DNA of 64,000 nt, from contig CM060731.1 in the NCBI GenBank assembly GCA_030704615.1, positions 11,966,001 through 12,030,000 of the forward strand, read 5' to 3'. Numbering within the stretch: position 1 is the stretch's first letter; each line of letters starts with the position of its first letter. The notes beneath the pieces are model-generated. The model saw only the letters and a list, made by a program, of their open reading frames with translations, did no database searches and was not told the origin of the DNA. Positions 60,601 to 64,000 of the stretch are shown piece after piece. The position numbers were made by a program, and so were the translations under genes. This stretch comes from Takakia lepidozioides (Eukaryota > Plantae > Bryophyta).

Positions 60601-61426
60601 CTACCTTCTGGCATGGGACCACCTTCCCACAAGGTCTACAGGTGCATGTTGCATCGCTGAAGAAATTTGAAATGGAGAGAGTAGCTCGAGTCTGAATGAC
60701 AAAAGGGAATTTGCAACAGACACAAGCGATTGTCTCTCCACTCCAATATAGTTCAGCCGAACAAATCTTTCAAGTGCATACAACAAAGAGGTATCAAGAC
60801 TGTCACACTGACATGTTGGTAGGGATTCTGGACTTGTCAAGAGATTGACATTTTGCAATCCAGCAATTCAAGTGATATATGAATCTGGCAAGAAAGATTA
60901 GTTATTAGGCTGCTGCTAAAGCATATACAGTCCTTTACTTTTATGCCACCACTTGGAAAAGGGAAGGATCAAGTACAGAGGGAATTTTATCAATATAAAA
61001 CACAACAAACATAGGCAACCACAGGAGGACTCCAGGTATGGTCTTGCTTAGAAGACCATGAAGAATTACGCAGCGAAACAGCGGGAAAGTGGTACTGAAG
61101 AGAGGAAGATCACAAGTACGACTGAAGACAACATGCAAAAGTGCATGTCGAGGACCAGGAAAATTTGACCTCACTCACCGAGACGAGCGGCGAGAGGGAC
61201 CACTTGGAATAGGAATCCTTGGAGAAGATAACGACCGCGACGTGTTAGACCGTGCTGACAAAGAGTGGGGGCGAAGCGCCTCAGAGAGGGATTTAGAGAG
61301 ATCTGCAAGGCCTAACTCTGCCATACGCCTTCGATTCTCTGCAAGCCTTGCATTCCTGAGCTGCTCGTATTCGATGTGCTGGCCCGCTTCCTCCCCAATG
61401 CCCGCCCACGTCCTCTTCCTCCCCAT
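57621..61426 (-). CDS. CDCA7: CDCA7-like zf-4CXXC_R1 protein, 5 exons (61179-61426, 60187-60432, 59879-59962, 58743-58872, 57621-58241), ~442 aa
   Basis: N-terminal [22 protein letters not shown] helix, RRSSRL motif, [66 protein letters not shown] introns are phase-consistent. Confidence 0.92.
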
Positions 61427-63278
61427 CTCTATACCTGCCACTGTCAGATGAATACCTGTATATGTGCTCTGCCCTAGGATTGCCCTACCTGCCTCTTCAA
61501 CACTCTGGCCTTTTCTCCTACTTTATGGCGCGTTCTCCAATATTCTGCAAAGATTATGCCCGTCCACGCAGACTGCTTCAAACTGAATGTAGAATAATCC
61601 GGTCTCAAGCTTACCTACATCCTCGTTTATTGTGTGTGTACACTCACATATACAAACTCGATGCTTTTGAACCGGCCATTGATCATACGACCACGCACAT
61701 CACCTGTCTTACTAGAGAATTCGCCTGTAGAAGCTGCAGTGTCCAGCTTACGCACCTCAGTGTTATCTAGCAAACCGTTTCTTCTGTGCCAAAGTCCAGC
61801 TCATTCATCTGAGTTATACCACAACAGAGTCTTCTGAGCTTTTGTTCAAGCGTCGGAGCCTATCCTGACACATTATGTGTTTCTGAGAAACGTTCTTGAT
61901 CATCCGTTGTATTTTTGAGACATTCTTTCTTTAGCAGCTCAGGTAACAAACTATTGCCACGAGCTTGCTCAAGCATCAAGACTATACTGACACACGATTT
62001 TGCTGCTATGACAGAGTCTTGATCGTTCACCTAAGGTATTCTACATCCTGTACTTTTGAAAATTATTCTCTCTTGAACCTCAGCCTTACCACTAAGAATC
62101 ACTCGATATGCACAGACGCTCTCAGCATCAAACAAACAGCAAAAGCATCACACAATCTGCTTCTGTTATACGTTCTTGATCATGCATCTGTGGCTTTCAA
62201 AATCCTGCGCTCTGGAAACGAAATCATTCTCTTGCACTTCAGCCTCAAAAACTAGCATCAATGTTTAATAACAACAACACGATCACCAAATCCATCGCTA
62301 CGCTCGCCATGGCTCTCTTCCCTTTCTCGACTCGCAACCCTGCATCGTGCTTGCACCGAGGTCCTAACTCTCACCAGCTCAGGTCCCAACAAAGCGCCCT
62401 ACCCAATCCAGATCCCCGCATTGTTGATCCACATCGGAAATTCTGGAAAGGTGAATTGCGAAATTCACCCAAATATTCCAGATTGAATTTTTCCCGCTCA
62501 AAGAATTCCAACTTAAATTCTATGAACAGTCAAAAGAATATATAATTACACAGCTAATCATGAAGAGTTGTGAGTACCTAATTTGTATTTACCGTGCATG
62601 CAATCCAATATGCCGTACCGTATTCCACGGTTCATTATTTCCTGATATTGACTCGTTTTTTGTCGTTTTTTCTTTAAAACAAAGGGGACAGAGGCCCTGT
62701 TTACGTGTTCTGTTTACGTTTTCTGTTTCTGTCTTTATCAAAAATCTCTGGAAAATTTATTCGTTTTTTAATGTTTTTTCGTTTTTTCCAAGGAAACCAC
62801 AGCCACAGGCACCAGAGGGGAAATTTGTTTTTTAGTTTTAATAAATAAATTCGACACAGCTGAGATTCTGATCATAATAAGAGTATCCCAGTATCCTACT
62901 GCTTTAAATCTGATGAGCTGGAAGGAAGCTTGTTATTTTACTTTAAGAAAATGTGTTTCCCATTTTTGTTTTTTATAGAAAAATCATAAGAGTCAATTCA
63001 CAGAGTTAGTTACAGCGAATAGATGGAAACAAAAAGAAAAAAAAGATGGAGAGTAAAAGCAGGAGGACAACGGCTAGTTACGTAGGCCTAACCACATGGT
63101 ACAGCAGCCGCCTTTATACCTATTACTCAAGTTTATACTTTATACGCGCAAAGAATCTGGGATAATTCTAGGCCATAAACTGACGGATTTTTTCATGATT
63201 AAGGGTTTTTTTTCCTGTATATTCATTCATCCATTAATAAATTTCCAGTCCCACTGTCCCCTGTCACTGTCCTCTCTA

Positions 63279-63308
63279 AATAATAATAATAATAATAATA
63301 GTAATAAC
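63279..63308. repeat. (AAT)n microsatellite
   Basis: AAT run. Confidence 0.9.
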
Positions 63309-63424
63309 TAAGGGGTCTGATTTTCTGTGTTTCCCTCGAGAGAGGTATGCCTAAGCCATTCTGTTACACATGGGGGTTAGCCAGATATAGCTGCAGCTGT
63401 GCATTCAAAAGTCGGCCGCTGTGG

Positions 63425-63751
63425 CTATCTTTGGGGCGGGGCCGTCTTTGACTGCAATTCATTAACTGCTGGCGTAATGCAAAACAGTGAGATGTTTAAT
63501 GGTGGGTGGGATGGTTTACATACTAGATCTTCATCAAGATTCAAATTTGCAGGTCTTTCTGTCTCTTCCTGTTTGATCGATGTTCGCAACTGCCTGCAGT
63601 AGCTAGCTATGTAGCTGATCAGCTGTGATAAGAAATTGGGTTGCTCTTGAGTCCTCACTTACCTGAGGATGTCTGATAGTCTCTTTCGGCGAATGAACTC
63701 TTTGAAGATCTGGAATTCCCGATGTACAAATGTGCCAAAATGCCAGGGAGG
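63425..63751 (-). CDS. Possible last exons of a gene entering from the right edge (63663-63751, 63425-63593)
   Basis: TAG acceptor, PPWHFGTFVHREFQIFKEFIRRKRLSDILR, GTAAGT donor, 69-nt intron, in-phase QLRTSIKQEETERP...*. Confidence 0.35.
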
Positions 63752-64000
63752 CTACGAGGAACATTGCTGTTTATACTTGCAATTGTTAGTCTCCACCGCA
63801 TAGAGGTTCTTGCAACTCAACAAGAAGGTGTGTTATCGGTAGCAACATCGACTTTTACTGTCATTGGTTTCGGGAAACCTGTCTTTAATTGTCCCGCAAA
63901 ATTCAGTTCGAACAAAAAAAATCAGTTGCAGCAGTAGATATGGATTTGGGCGTTTCTTGATCGGCCCGTGGATGTCCCCATCCTCACTTGCTGAAGTCGT

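Overview
Eukaryotic plant nuclear DNA, probably from a non-seed land plant such as a bryophyte or lycophyte (inferred from gene style and transposon content). Intact genes: a 13-exon ERGIC3/ERV46-like gene, a 3-exon hevein-domain GH19 chitinase, an intronless PLS-class PPR-DYW RNA-editing factor, and a 5-exon CDCA7-like zf-4CXXC_R1 gene. There is also an unassigned spliced gene at 53.5-56.0 kb. Decayed genes: a frameshifted SUMO, kinesin-14 exon relics, and a partial chitinase duplicate. The 14-36 kb interval is a transposon nest. It holds a rearranged DD35D pogo-like transposase, several MITEs, and a Copia relic split by a chromovirus (CCTAT TSD). The chromovirus 3' LTR is itself split by a 1.96-kb TIR element (8-bp TSD) carrying a DYW deaminase segment with its catalytic motifs intact. 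The two strongest novelty candidates are that DYW-carrying element and a dispersed ~75-nt motif (4 copies, two behind tRNA-like heads) whose predicted three-way-junction RNA structure covaries between copies. All calls are by-eye translation and alignment; no database searches were run.
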